From: Felis catus | Taxonomy: Eukaryota | Direction of reading: 5' to 3' | Assembly (NCBI RefSeq): GCF_018350175.1 | Contig: NC_058368.1 | Coordinates: 164,612,001 to 164,676,000 of the forward strand | Length of the DNA stretch: 64,000 nt | Shown: one piece after another, positions 39,182-51,755 of the stretch | Position numbering within the stretch: the stretch's first letter is position 1 | Layout: every line of letters starts with the position of its first letter | Notes under the pieces: model-generated | Database searches by the model: none | Told to the model about the DNA's origin: nothing | What the model saw: only the letters and a program-made list of their open reading frames with translations | Made by a program: the position numbers and the translations under genes

Positions 39182-41328
39182 GTGGTCAAAACTGAGGGAG
39201 GCGGTTTCCACTCTAAAGGCTATCAGCTCGAACATTTACGATATACTTTACATTTCCATTTTGAAAAGCTTCTATTTTTTCTTCGTAATATTTGAACAAC
39301 GATAATAACTTTGATTTATGCTACATAGACTTGGTGTAATGATAAATGAGAACAATTTTAAAATACCCTTTATACTCTATAATCCTGAATAAACATTATA
39401 ATAGTCATAAAAATAACTGTAGGTCAAAAAGTACTATTTTCTTAAATGATAACACATTTGTTTCACATTGAAACATTTAAGTTGTGTTTATAGAAGGTAG
39501 AATGTCCATTGAAGGAACTAACAGATCATTTTAAGGAGTACTAGCTTAGTAGCAGAACTGAAAAACCTACTGGATGCCCTGGACATCCTGGCAAGGCAGC
39601 TTAGGAATCATCCTGCTTGAACTGGTCAGTTCATTCACAGTGAGGTGAGGCTTCTCACTGATATATCTGATTGCTCTCTGGTACTTGATGCAAATGCAAA
39701 GGGGAATTGATATAGCTTTTTGCTTGCAGTCAAAGCCTGCCTATGGTTATTGGGTATGCCCAGCTCTGACAGCATTTTTAATCTTCTGTACATGGCAAGA
39801 GAGAGGCGATGGCAGCAGTAAGGAGATAGTGGTTTCACAGGAATTGAACCTGAAAGTCAGAAAACCTAGGACAAATATAATTCAAGTTGATTTTCTTTGT
39901 ACCATCAACCCCTATGACCAATATGAATCAGGCTTGTCTTGGCCTTCTAGAACCTTTTACTTCCATTCCCTCTGTCGAATGAAAGGGTTTTCCTTCAGGT
40001 TGACATGTTCCATTCTGAGGATTTCCACACCACTCTTCTTCCAGCTCTGCTCAGTATACTAACTCCTTGAGATGCACACATACACTCACAAATACACATA
40101 CACACGCACACATGTAGACACACACAGACACTTCCCTTTCTTTACAAGTCACTCTGTTTTAAGTATGGAATTATGAAACAAATTATTTTAAGAACATTTC
40201 TGCTTAAGCAATAGATATAAATAACTTATATTCCTTTATGTGTGATAGAATTGTTTGGATAATAAAACAAAAAGGATAGAGGAAATGTTTTGTCATACAT
40301 AAGCTGCAGAAGCCTTTATGCTTAAATATGGCAGTTGCAATAAAAACCAAAGTACACATTTATAAAACATCTTATTTAGTCTTCAGTATAATATACTACA
40401 TATTCCCAGCAAGTACTTTTTAAAAATATTAGTATTTCCTCTAATATCTAATATTTCCTTTATATAATCAAAATTAAAAGTTAAAAAAAGAATATTGATG
40501 GCCATTGAATATTCTCATTGAGATTAATAAGGAGTTAAATTCTTGAAGCTGAAAGAAAAATGACACGATTGTGTCTTTTTATTGTGTCAGCATGATAATA
40601 ATATATTACAGAGTTTAGAAAATTTCAGTATCTTTTATTAGTATTTTCAGATTGCATCTCTTCATAATTGCTTCATGTTTCTGATAAATGCAGATATGCC
40701 TTATAGTAACTCAGTCTTGGCTGTAATGCTTTGCTCAGTGTTTGTTTATTGAATAAAATTTGTTGATTTCTTTTAAATAAAACTAAATATTCCTCTCATT
40801 AAAAATTAATGCACTCCACAGAGAAAACCTCGTTTAAAGGATAAATTGTACCCAGAATTATTCTAATGTCTGTTGAATTAGAAATAAGCCCAATAGCAAA
40901 CATCACATTATGATCTGTCCCCTTTCAAAATTTATAAGCAGTTAGCATAACTGTATTTTTTATTTTAAAATTTACTATTTCATGCATCATCTTAAATATG
41001 ATGTTTCTTTTCCTCAAATAATACTTATGAAAACACTTATTAGCCATATATTTTTATTTAGATGGCTAAGGCTTATAAAGTCTTGAGTTCAGTTGTTATA
41101 ATTAAGGCATAAAAATGAAAAAAAAAGCTATTTTCCTCAATTACCTACTTCAAGAAAAATCACAAAAATGTACTAACAAAAATAGGTCCTGAACTCAGAC
41201 TTGATAGAACCTAAAATATACATGGCTTTCTCATACTAGTAAACAAACTAATGTTTTCATTGATTATAGAGAAGAGTCAAAACACAGATTTAATTGTCCA
41301 ATAATCTTTAATTTCCCCTTTCACATAC

Positions 41329-41332
<4 letters not shown>

Positions 41333-41376
<44 letters not shown>
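41333..41376. repeat. (GT)n microsatellite
   Basis: About 22 perfect units. Confidence 0.97.
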
Positions 41377-41379
<3 letters not shown>

Positions 41380-42682
41380 CGTTAAAGAGAGACAGGAACA
41401 GGTTTCTGAAGAGACTAAATCAGGATACTGCAGGTTTTTACTAGCTTTTTATTTGTTTATTTGTCTTAAGGGGGCAGCAAAGGCACACAAAGCATCTGCT
41501 AGTAGTATATTCATCTGAGGTATCCTGATCTAAAATTAAATGCAAGCATTTTTGTGATAATAGAAGTTAAGAACAATGAAGTGATATTTCTCCTTTCAGA
41601 TCTTTATGAAAACAAAGTCCATTGTTTTGGTAGGATGCAACCTTTTTTTGGTACTTACTAAAGATATACAATTTGCCCATTCATTCAAGCGTTTGCCACA
41701 TGTCACTGCAGTTTAGTTGGATAGGTATAAGGTGGTTGTGCTCCTATGAACTATAACTGCATAGAGATGTTTTCACAAACATAACTCATCTGCAATTTCT
41801 CTCTTTAGTCATTACTAAAGCCTAGGGGACTTTATATGCTAAAAATAAGATGCAAATTTCATACATGATTTCTTAAGAGCCACAAGGTTCTATACTGACA
41901 TGATGATTTCATAAATGACTTAAATATAATTCAGTTGATCTAATGTCAAACTTGTGTTTCTAGAATTAGACAACATTAGTTGTGAAATAATGCACACCCT
42001 TTCAGAAACAAGAACTTTATCATTGGGAAATTATTGAATCTTCTTGAAATTTCTAGGAAGTTATTTTTAGTAGCCTATAGCTCTAAAATATACATCATAA
42101 CAGATGTGAATTTAAATGACTATTGTAAACTTTTCTAGTCAACTCATATTTAGTGCTTAGAAATGTATAAACCTAATGCAATGCCCCTGAAAATATGTAC
42201 TTCTGTAATATATGTCTATGAGTGTATCTGTATGTATCTGTACACAGTAATGTGTAAAAGCTTAAGTATCATACCAGTATTCCAATCAGATCATTTATTT
42301 ATGTTTATATGTAGTTCTATCAAGCCTGGTGATCTGGATTTTGAACCTCCAGCAGGTTGGAAACAATGAGTTAGAAATTATAGGCAGGCACACAGGGAAA
42401 CATGAAGTGGTAAGACATGTACTATGAATGGAATCAAAGAAGCTATTTTAAAAATCACAATAGAGACTTGAACAAATTCCTAGCCAAAAAGCGCAAGAAT
42501 AACTTTAGAAATCTAAATAATTATTGACCAAAAGTATAATTTGTATCACAATATTATATAGTAATTGAAGTTCAAGATCATGCCATCTTCTAGAAAAGCT
42601 TAAATTATTTTGAAATTACTTTTATTAAAACAAGAAATTAATATACAGACAATATAATAGTTCAAAATTATAAAGAATGTGA

Positions 42683-42897
42683 ATTTTATTTTTTTATATT
42701 TTTAAGTTTATTTTGAGAGAGAGAACACGCACATGCACAAGAAGGGGAGGGGCAGAGAGAGAGGGAGAGAGAGAGAATCCTAAGCAGGCTCCATGCTCAG
42801 CATGGAGCTCAACACGGGGCACAGTCTCACAACTGTGAGATAACCTGAGCTGATATCAAGAGTTGAAGGCTTAACTAAATAAACCACCCAGGCACCC
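42683..42897 (-). mobile_element. CAN-SINE
   Basis: Reverse tail, (GA)n, 'gaatcctaagcaggctcc', head 'ccacccaggcaccc'. Confidence 0.93.
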
Positions 42898-43177
42898 AGG
42901 TACCTAAATTGTAAATAACAGACACAAAGTAAAATAATGTTTGGTATTTCCATATGTTAGTATATTATGTAACCATTAATTGTTATTTTTCAATAATATT
43001 TGCTTAAAATAAAAATTAGTACTATATATTAGGTACAAAATGCAGAATATAAGAGCATATATTCAATGTTACCTCTTTTGGTAAAATATATTTTATATTT
43101 AACAGTTCACTAGAATAAAAATATTTTACCTTCTTGGCTACAGAAATATCTGGCCTATAAATATATACAAATTTTTT

Positions 43178-43384
43178 ATATTTTAAAATGTTTATTTTAT
43201 TTTGAGAGACAGAGCACAAGCAGGTGAGGGGGCAGAGAGAGAGAGGGAGAAAGAACATCCCAGGCAGGCTCTGTGCCATCAGCATGGAGCCCAGCATAGG
43301 TCTGGATCTCATGAACCATGAGATCATGACCTAGGCCAAAATCAAGAGTCATATGCTCAACTGACTGAGTCTCCCATGCACCCC
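43178..43384 (-). mobile_element. CAN-SINE
   Basis: TSD tatatacaaatttttt (43162-43177) / tatataccaatgtttt (43385-43400). Confidence 0.93.
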
Positions 43385-43524
43385 TATATACCAATGTTTT
43401 AAAGAACATAACTTGAACATGAGTTTCAGTTTTATAAAATGTATTAAGTTTTCAAAAAATATTGAACTTAAGAGTCTTTGATACATTTTGACTTATCAAA
43501 TACATTTTGCTCACTCTTTTTTTG

Positions 43525-44280
43525 TGCTTTCAACATACATCTTTTGAATGCCCGCTATGTACTATATTCTGCTCTAGGTCCTAGGGATATGCTACTGAAA
43601 ACACAACCCTCCAAGGACTTATATGTATATATTTTTATCCAAGAGATTACAATTATAGATAGAGATAAATACTCAAACATATCATTTAGAGAGTGGGAAA
43701 GTGTTTTACAATAGGGCTCACAAGGAGCTATAGAACCACATAGAAGGAGCAAGGAGAATTACATAGAAGATCATGGCAAAGTAGTTTCCCTGAAGAAATA
43801 ACAGGTGGGAAGATAAGAAAGATCAGTAGGAGTTACAGATAAGATGGCAGGACAAGGACAAGGGAACATTTATGAGGGCCCACACGTGGGAGAACATGGT
43901 GTGCCTGGAGGACAGAAAAAGGTTTTGCATATCTAATCAAACAGGGTAAGTAGGGAAGTGGTAGACAAACTGAACAAGAGGGCTCTCTAAACCTTAATAA
44001 TATTTTTGGCCTTTATCTAAAGGCATATTAGGGATTATACATCTTTAACCTGTCAAATGCCATAACTGGATTTGAAATTCAGATTGTTCATTCTTATTAT
44101 AGGGTATAAAATAGATGAGAAGAAGACATGCATAAAACAAAGAGACTTATTGCAATGATCAAAGTATTGCAATAATTTAAATCAAAGATTATGGGGATCT
44201 AGACCAGAGTTATCACAGTGCAGGAATTTGAAATTGAAGACTCACATATAATCAAGGAATTGAGACATTGAGTCATCCTT
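43525..44280 (-). mobile_element. L2 3' fragment
   Basis: 'ttcaacatacatcttttgaatgcccgctatgtac...tctaggtcctagggata' reverse L2 terminus with purine-rich body. Confidence 0.7.
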
Positions 44281-45924
44281 GGGTGAACTGACTAAACTGA
44301 ATTTCATTGCCTCTAAAGCCAGGGACACACTCTGGGATCAGTGACCCCACAAAGGTCCTACCATTCCATTAGATGCTAGGTGAACAGCTTGCTAGATTTC
44401 TTTTCTTTTTTTTACCTTTTAAAATCCAACATTGTCTCTTTTTTAATGCTACAGAACAGAGGTTAAGTCAGGGATTCTTTTTTGCTAGCTGATGTTACCT
44501 TCACAGGGTGATTCAATGAAGCCAACTGGCCTAATACAGGCCTTTTGGGCTCCCTCACCTGCTAATAACAGAGAACTGCAGAATTCTCAGTTCAGCACAT
44601 AAAGAGTGACCTTGCTCAAAAGGTATCACTGATCACTTGCACACTCAGTTGCCAATTACCCTTTCCTCATTAGTGCTGATGGATATTCTTCCTCAACTAG
44701 CTTCATGCAAATGGCAGCAATTTGGTGTAAAGATCTTCTGGTGAAGGGTACATCCAGTGTTAGCTAGCACTTCTAAAATTTTAGTTCTAAGCTTTATAAA
44801 ATGTACCAACTGATCACAGATTAACTGCTTTATAGAAGCATGGGAGCTGGAGGGAATCATACATTTCATATATTGCAGCATGCCCATGAATTGACTTAGC
44901 CACATGTTAGCACTCTGTGTGTATTTGATGCAACAGAGGCCTGTTTAGTTTGAGATGAGTTGCATCATTTTGTTATGCTGTGACATGAAATGTTTTTCTA
45001 AGAAGATGCCCAATACCTTGTAAACATGTACTGAGAATGGGTTCTTAAAATTCAAAGAAATGTCATCCAATTTTCCACCGAATATAAGAAATAGGAATAA
45101 GAGAAATAAAGAATTCTTGACAAAGACAAAAAAATTAGTAGAAAAGTGGATCAATTTTGAAATGCACTTTGTAGTCACCATCAACAGAGTAGTTTGTTAA
45201 TATGTTTTTATTTGGTAATATGTAAGCATTGCCTCTCTCATTATACTGTACATAACTGGTGGTGATTGGATAGTAATAGACTGCTACTACACTTGTTAAT
45301 CATCCAACAAAGAGAATGTGACTTAGTGATCAATGGCAATTACATTAGAATTGCAACATATGGTAAATTGAATGTTTTTGTACAGTGGCATTTAGTTGTT
45401 TGGGACCATGTACCAAATTAATGGGAACATCAGGTAAATTTAACATCTTTACTGCTTTAATTGATCCTAAAGTAGGTAATTATGTTATCTATAAAGTCAA
45501 TTTGTCCTTTTTCCATTATTTATGATATGCAGTTGTACACCAAGCTACACCAATCACAATGCAACTGCAACATATATGGTTAAAGCCTTTGCCAAATGCA
45601 GCATAAAACATGAAAGTGAAATAAGCTGGAAGTTGCTCTGGAGCAGGTTTTTGTATTGAATTGAAAGACTTTTATTATTTCTACTTTAGTTGCATTATGG
45701 ATGAAGTAAGTAGAGAGCACTGTATTAATATTTTAAAATTTCTAATAACCTAAAGAGTTTTTCTTTTGGACAGTTTTCTTTTAAAGTCATGCTGACTCTT
45801 CCAATTCTTCATTATCCCAGTATGTATCTTGGTAGACTAAAAACTTTTGCATAATTAACAGTTGCTAAAATTTTTTGACTCCCCCTTGAAAGGAGAGGCA
45901 GTGTTTTCAATGCTCCCTTCATTA

Positions 45925-46075
45925 CAAGCTCTTAACTCTGGCTGCACATTTGGATTACCTTTGGAAATGAAAACAGGTCACAGTCCAGACTCTACCCCTA
46001 AAAATACTGATTGGGTCAAGGCAGAAGGGCTTTTACAATCTTTCTAGGTGATTGTGATACGCAGTGAGAGATGGT
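45925..46075. mobile_element. MER5-like hAT-Charlie fragment
   Basis: 'ctggctgcacatttggattacct...tctaggtgattgtgatacgcag'. Confidence 0.65.
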
Positions 46076-46469
46076 AAGTATAACTGCAAATATGGGTCCT
46101 CCTACAGTAGGAAGAGGTTAAAAAATTAATTTATTTGGCCTTGTATGATGGTATTGACAGAAAAATTAAAATTTCCTGGAGGGAAAAGGTGTAAGGCTAG
46201 CTGACATTGGGAAAACAGATTCAAATTGAGCAAGATGAGCAGTTAGCAAAATACTGTTGAATAATATTATTACTTAAAGACATTAAAGTTTGGCAAAAGT
46301 TTTTTTTTAACAACTGAAAAACAAAATGAAACAAAATGATGACACTTAGATCACTAAGAGGCAAATAAAGCAAGAAAGTGAACAAAAATTATGTCTCTTC
46401 CAGTATTTGGTGTTTACATATTTACGTGCCTAAGAGGAATGTTCTCTGCTTGAAATTGGCAAATGATAA

Positions 46470-46690
46470 AGACATTCACTGAGCACTTTCTATTGTAGGT
46501 ATTTCACACCCTTCTCAAAACAATGCTAAGAAGTGGGTACTGTTACTATTCCAACTCTGCAGAGCCCAAACTGAACCACAGAGAAGTTCAGTGATATGGT
46601 TAAGTTCCTGAAGCTACTAAGAGTCAGTAAGTCAGTAACTCATCTGGCCCAGTTTGACTACAGAGCCTACATTCCTACACCAGCTTCTAT
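46470..46690 (-). mobile_element. MIR
   Basis: 'cattcactgagcactttcta...aagtgggtactgttactattcc...aaactgaaccacagagaagttcagtga'. Confidence 0.75.
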
Positions 46691-47384
46691 ATTGTATGAT
46701 AAATGGTCTAGATAATGTGCACTATGGTCAGATAGCCAAGGCCTGGATCTGACATGAAGGAGAAGGAACTGACTCCCCTTTCTATCTTACAAATGTGCTG
46801 CCTCATTTTTGTCTTCATCTTGTTAATGATCTTGCCTTGTATTTAGCCCCGAGAACACAAAGCCTCCCTGGCTGCCTGCCCTTGCAGAAGCCTGTGGGGG
46901 TCTCTGGAAGGAATAAAGAAATGTGATCAAAAGATAGCCATTGAAAAACTCATAGTCTTTTGTTTCCATCCTTGTGGAAAAGGTAAAATATTCTTTGATA
47001 TTTGTTCATCTAGATGATAATATATTTTCCTCTGAGAGTTTTTGATATTACAAGAATTCGAAATCATGGTTAAATTAAGTTTTCATAATTGTAGATGTAG
47101 AGGGTGAGGTAGTGGTGATAAAAAAACCCACAAAAATCTTACTGTATTTTGAACATTATTTTTATCTATCTTTTAGTTTCTATATGCAAACAGTAAAAGA
47201 GATTTAATCTCTGCATTCCAGCCATTTAAAATTAGAAACAGAAGTCAAATGCACACACATGCAGACCATAAATAAAATCTAAGAATGTGTAAACCATTCA
47301 TTATACACTAGAGTTTGTAGCAAAAGTTATAAGTAGAAAAAATTAATTCTGGAAAAGGGAGACTGTTAGAAGCGTTCATTCTAG

Positions 47385-47386
<2 letters not shown>

Positions 47387-47432
<46 letters not shown>
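47387..47432. repeat. (GT)n microsatellite
   Basis: About 23 perfect units. Confidence 0.97.
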
Positions 47433-47434
<2 letters not shown>

Positions 47435-48690
47435 AAGCAATAAAAGAAGTGTGGCCTTAGATACCAAGTGAAGATGAGCTTTGATAAGCATATCTAGTTT
47501 GAATGTCACACGGGTCTAAAATAAGTTGAACTTAAGAGATGGATGGACAGAAACACCAAGGAAGGTATTTTCACCTGAGACCCAAATAAAACACAGAGGA
47601 GAGACATGGACAGAACAAAAGCAGAAACAGAGAGAAAGGGAGACAGAGAGTGAAAAAAGGATAAGGAGATAATTGGATTGGAGTCTACACATGAACCTGA
47701 ATTCCAGAGGAACTGCTGAAGAAGGCAATGTAGAAATAACTAGAAGAGGTAAACCCAGTGAGCCTGTGAGTTCTAAACCTGGAGACAGTATCAGTTATGT
47801 CAGAATTGCTGACAGCTCTCTGTAACTATGCAGAAGGAAGGTATCAACCCATAGGAAAAGGCAGAAGAATGCCTTCATTGAATTTTGAGATTCCTGGATG
47901 AAAGTTTTGAACTGGAGAGTTTGAGCTTCTCAGGATATCAGATGGTGTTATAATTAGCTATTTAAAGCAAATTTATAAATTTTAGGGATGATATCAGATT
48001 TAATTCCTATGGATGCAGTAAATAAAAACAGGCTGAATTTATTTTCTTTCTTTCTGTATTTTTTGAAGTAACCATGCTATTTTCCATTTACAGAACTTTT
48101 GTTTTTTTAATCTCTAAGCTCCTTACATAATATCAAAAGGATTGTATATTCATAATGAAAAGTAAATGTCCTTAGTGCTTGTAAGATTATCTTTTTTAAA
48201 ATATTTGTTAAATCAACCAGTATAATATGTTTAGGAAGAAGTTAGGAAACAATGGTATTTATTAAAATCTAACTGCTTCACTTTTTATCATCTCCTTATA
48301 ACATCATCTTGTGGATTTAATTTACAGACAAGAAGTTGTATTCAAAAGTTGAAATAAAGTTACATGGTTAGTTAAAGCTGCTTTATAAGGTAAATTAAAA
48401 TTCTGCAATTAAAATCATATTGTAAAATAATATTTGATGACATGGAACAGTATTCATTATATAGTTCTTATTATATAAAAAAGTTTAAGTTTAAGCATAA
48501 TAATTTTCTTTAAAAATAATATGCATTACATGTGTAAATAATGGGAGAGAGAGCTCAAAGTCCACACCACAGTGTTTTTTTATGGAGGTTAAGTTAGGAA
48601 TTTATGGGAAATATGTACTTCTTTTTATGTATCAGTGATTTCTAAATTATACACAATAAATGTTTAATTTGATAAAAAGTTTCATTTTTA

Positions 48691-48881
48691 TTTTTTTTTC
48701 AATATATGAAGTTTATTGTCCAATTGGTTTCCATACAACACCCAATGCTTATCCCAAAATGTGCCCTCCTCAATACCCATCACCCACCCTCCCCTCCCTC
48801 CCACCCCCCATCAACCCTCAGTTTGTTCTCAGTTTTTAAGAGTCTCTTATGCTTTGGCTCTCTTCCACTCTAACCTCTTTT
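48691..48881 (-). mobile_element. Young felid L1 3' tip (~190 bp) with perfect 16-bp TSD
   Basis: L1_Fc-type 3'UTR; TSD aaaagtttcattttta at 48675-48690 and 48882-48897. Confidence 0.95.
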
Positions 48882-50504
48882 AAAAGTTTCATTTTTAAAT
48901 GAAATCAAATAAATGATTAAATTCCATTTAGGAAAGGAATATGAAGTTTCTGATGGGTATAAAGAACTTTGTAAAAGATGTGGGTTTGTGTGTTTATCTC
49001 CTTTGAGGATTAAATTACCATATTACTCAAACTTTATATATTTGTAAATGACACAAAAATATATATAAAATATGCTGTTAAAAGCAGAACTATTTTTGTA
49101 ATAGTCATACTTTAATCTCTTCACTGTGATTTTCTGCCAATATGATGAAAGCAGATCACTGTCCTTGGGTACATGCACAATAGAGCCTTTTCCAGACTGT
49201 AGAGATGGATTTCAAGCTTCCTCCGACCAGTAGTTATCTTAAATGTGAGTTGCATTATTCTTAGCTTCAAAAATCCTTTGATCTTTTTATGATGGGGCGA
49301 GGAAGAAGCTAACAATGTTTCTATTCAAAACTTTTTGGAAAAAGTACCTTGACTAATATTTCCCTTTTCATTTACGTACAGAAGTCTAAACCTAGAAGTA
49401 TTTTGGTAAGCAGAAACATTTTTAATCATTTAACTTCTGTTTATCACAAGGTGAAGTTTTCAAAAGGAGTTACATGTTTATTTTCTTTTTTTTCAAGGAA
49501 AGTAAAAATCATCAGTTAAATAAAAATTTAGTTTATTGAAATGAAATCTTTACAGTATTTGTAAATAAGATTTGCCTTAAGAAAAAAATAACAAACACAA
49601 TAAAAAGCCAGTTGCAAAATGTGAAACTAGATTGGTATTTTCTGGCAGTGTTTATAGAACATTAAAAAACAAAAACAAACAAAAAACACAAAACTGATTG
49701 TAGCCAGCCTTGTCTGTGCAGCAGAGGCTCAGCTAAGTTTAAAAAAAAATGGTGTAAAACATCACCAATTTAGTCAAAATAGTCAATCTTCTAGTCCCAT
49801 GAGGACACAACTTAAATGTGCCTATTTAAAGATCAAAAATATACTAAGACAGTTTGGAACTTTGATCTTCACATGACTGTGGAGTTTCATGTAGCTATCG
49901 GGCCCTATTTTTTCATCACCACTCGACTTTTTTCCAGCAACCTGTGTTATCTGTTGAACTACAAGTGCAGGGATGGGTAGTTGGGAAAGAATACAGCAAT
50001 TATGTGAGAAGCCCAGGGCAAGGACAGCTCTGGGGGAAACACATGTTCTATTCTATATACAAGTGATTTTCCAGCATAAAGATGGATATTTAAAAATGCT
50101 TGTGCTAAGTTGAAGAACATTCAAAATACAGATTTTTATTTTTAAAGTAGATTTTTGGGATGCATCGAGTCTTAAATACTGTAAGAGGTCATTAACCAGA
50201 ATGTTTAGGATTATATTTCCTCTGCATTAATTATAGTTACAAATATATATCAATCATAAAATCTTTTTCAACACACAACATATATGTCAGTTCTTTAAAT
50301 AATTGTTGTTCCACAGAATATGAAGAAAATAATAATTTCACAAATCCTGTTTTGCCAGAAGATAGGGAATCTCTGTGATCAGACATTTTGTTAGGTATCT
50401 CTGCATGCACTGAGACTTAACCATTATTCATAGCTTGATAAACTCTAACTTTTCTTCCCATAGTATATGATAGGATAGTAAAGAACAGTACTTTACTAAT
50501 ACTT

Positions 50505-50550
50505 TATACTGATACTAATACTAATACTAATACTAATACTAATACTAATA
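50505..50550. repeat. (ATACTA)n hexamer repeat
   Basis: Directly visible. Confidence 0.9.
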
Positions 50551-50575
50551 GTACTTTCTAATAAAGTATATTATA

Positions 50576-50793
50576 GGGGCACCTGGGTGGCTTAGTTGGT
50601 TGAGCGTCTGACTTCAGCTCAGGTCATGATCTCATAGCTCATGAGTTCAAGCCCTGTGTTGGGCTCTGTGCTAATGGCTCGGAGCCTGGAGCCTGCTTTA
50701 GATTCTGTGTCTCCCTCTCTCTGCCCCTAACCCACTCGCATTCTGTCTCTGTATCTCTCAAAAATAAATAAATGTTAAAAAAATGAAAAAAAT
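50576..50793 (+). mobile_element. SINEC_Fc-like CAN-SINE
   Basis: Full-length head, body, CT tract and tail. Confidence 0.96.
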
Positions 50794-51717
50794 ATATAAG
50801 GTAGTAAAGATAGTAAAAAATAGTAAAGAATATAAAGTATAGGTAGTTGTTTTAGAATAATTTTGTTATCTATATGGCCTTAATTTATACTCTTAGATCA
50901 CTAATGACCTATTTTATTTATATTTGTTAATGTTAAATGCTTTACTTTTTAGTCATATCCATTTAGTATTTTGTACTATTTTCTGTCAAGGTGATTTTCA
51001 GATGGAAATAGGCAAAACTAGTGAGGTTAATATGGAAATGATGCCTAAGACAAGTAGAGTTTTAAGTTAGCTCTTAACGGCTTCAAATAAATATTGAATA
51101 AATCCCAGCTTGTTTTTATGATGCAGTCTTATAGACGAGGCTATTAAAACACTCAAATTTACTAAGTCTTGGGAAATGAGGAAGATAAATTTAGGTGAGG
51201 AAAGAGGTGATATACTTTTGATTGATTTAAATATAGACCATTAACTTGGACCCAATGCTAGGGAGTATTTGGAAATGTAGTCTTTTTAGAGCATTTAAAG
51301 CAAAAAGCATTACTCTTCATTGGGAGCCATCATGGATTCAGTATGAATGGTTTTTCAAACTTCCCTCATCAAAAGCATATTCACAATTCAATAACTCATC
51401 TGGTAAAGCCTTCCATAATCCTCTTGTGAGTAAGATGGAAAAATGAGTTGAGTGACATTGATAATATTTGAAGTAGTTTACTAGTGATCTGATAATTAGT
51501 TTCATTTCACTCTGAAAGTGAGTTTTGAGAGAAACGTATCTCCTGGCTATGTATATAGCCTGATCTATTAAATTTTTCATTAATTTTTTTAGGGAGAAAG
51601 AATATAGATTTCATGTTACTGAATTTGCACAGGATATGAAAAAATGAACTTTAGTTGGTAATTTGGATGATGAAACGAGACTCCAAGGAATTTGATCAGC
51701 TGAAGTTACATACTTAC

Positions 51718-51755
51718 CATCTCTCAAGATGTTTAATTGATACAAGTATAAAGCC
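51718..51755 (-). other. Candidate 38-nt exon (gene unidentified)
   Basis: Minus strand: branch-like ttttaac, U-rich tract ...tgcctgttttttaatgtatag|GGCTTT...GATG|gtaagt. Confidence 0.35.

Noticed and set aside
49154..49183. Peptide DHCPWV resembling the DHHC palmitoyltransferase motif
   Set aside because: Stop three codons later, lacks the second His and the Cys-rich context; chance
50477..50550. tagtaaag/ctttacta hairpin and hexamer array as a CRISPR-like or telomeric repeat
   Set aside because: Low-complexity slippage; no spacers and not TTAGGG
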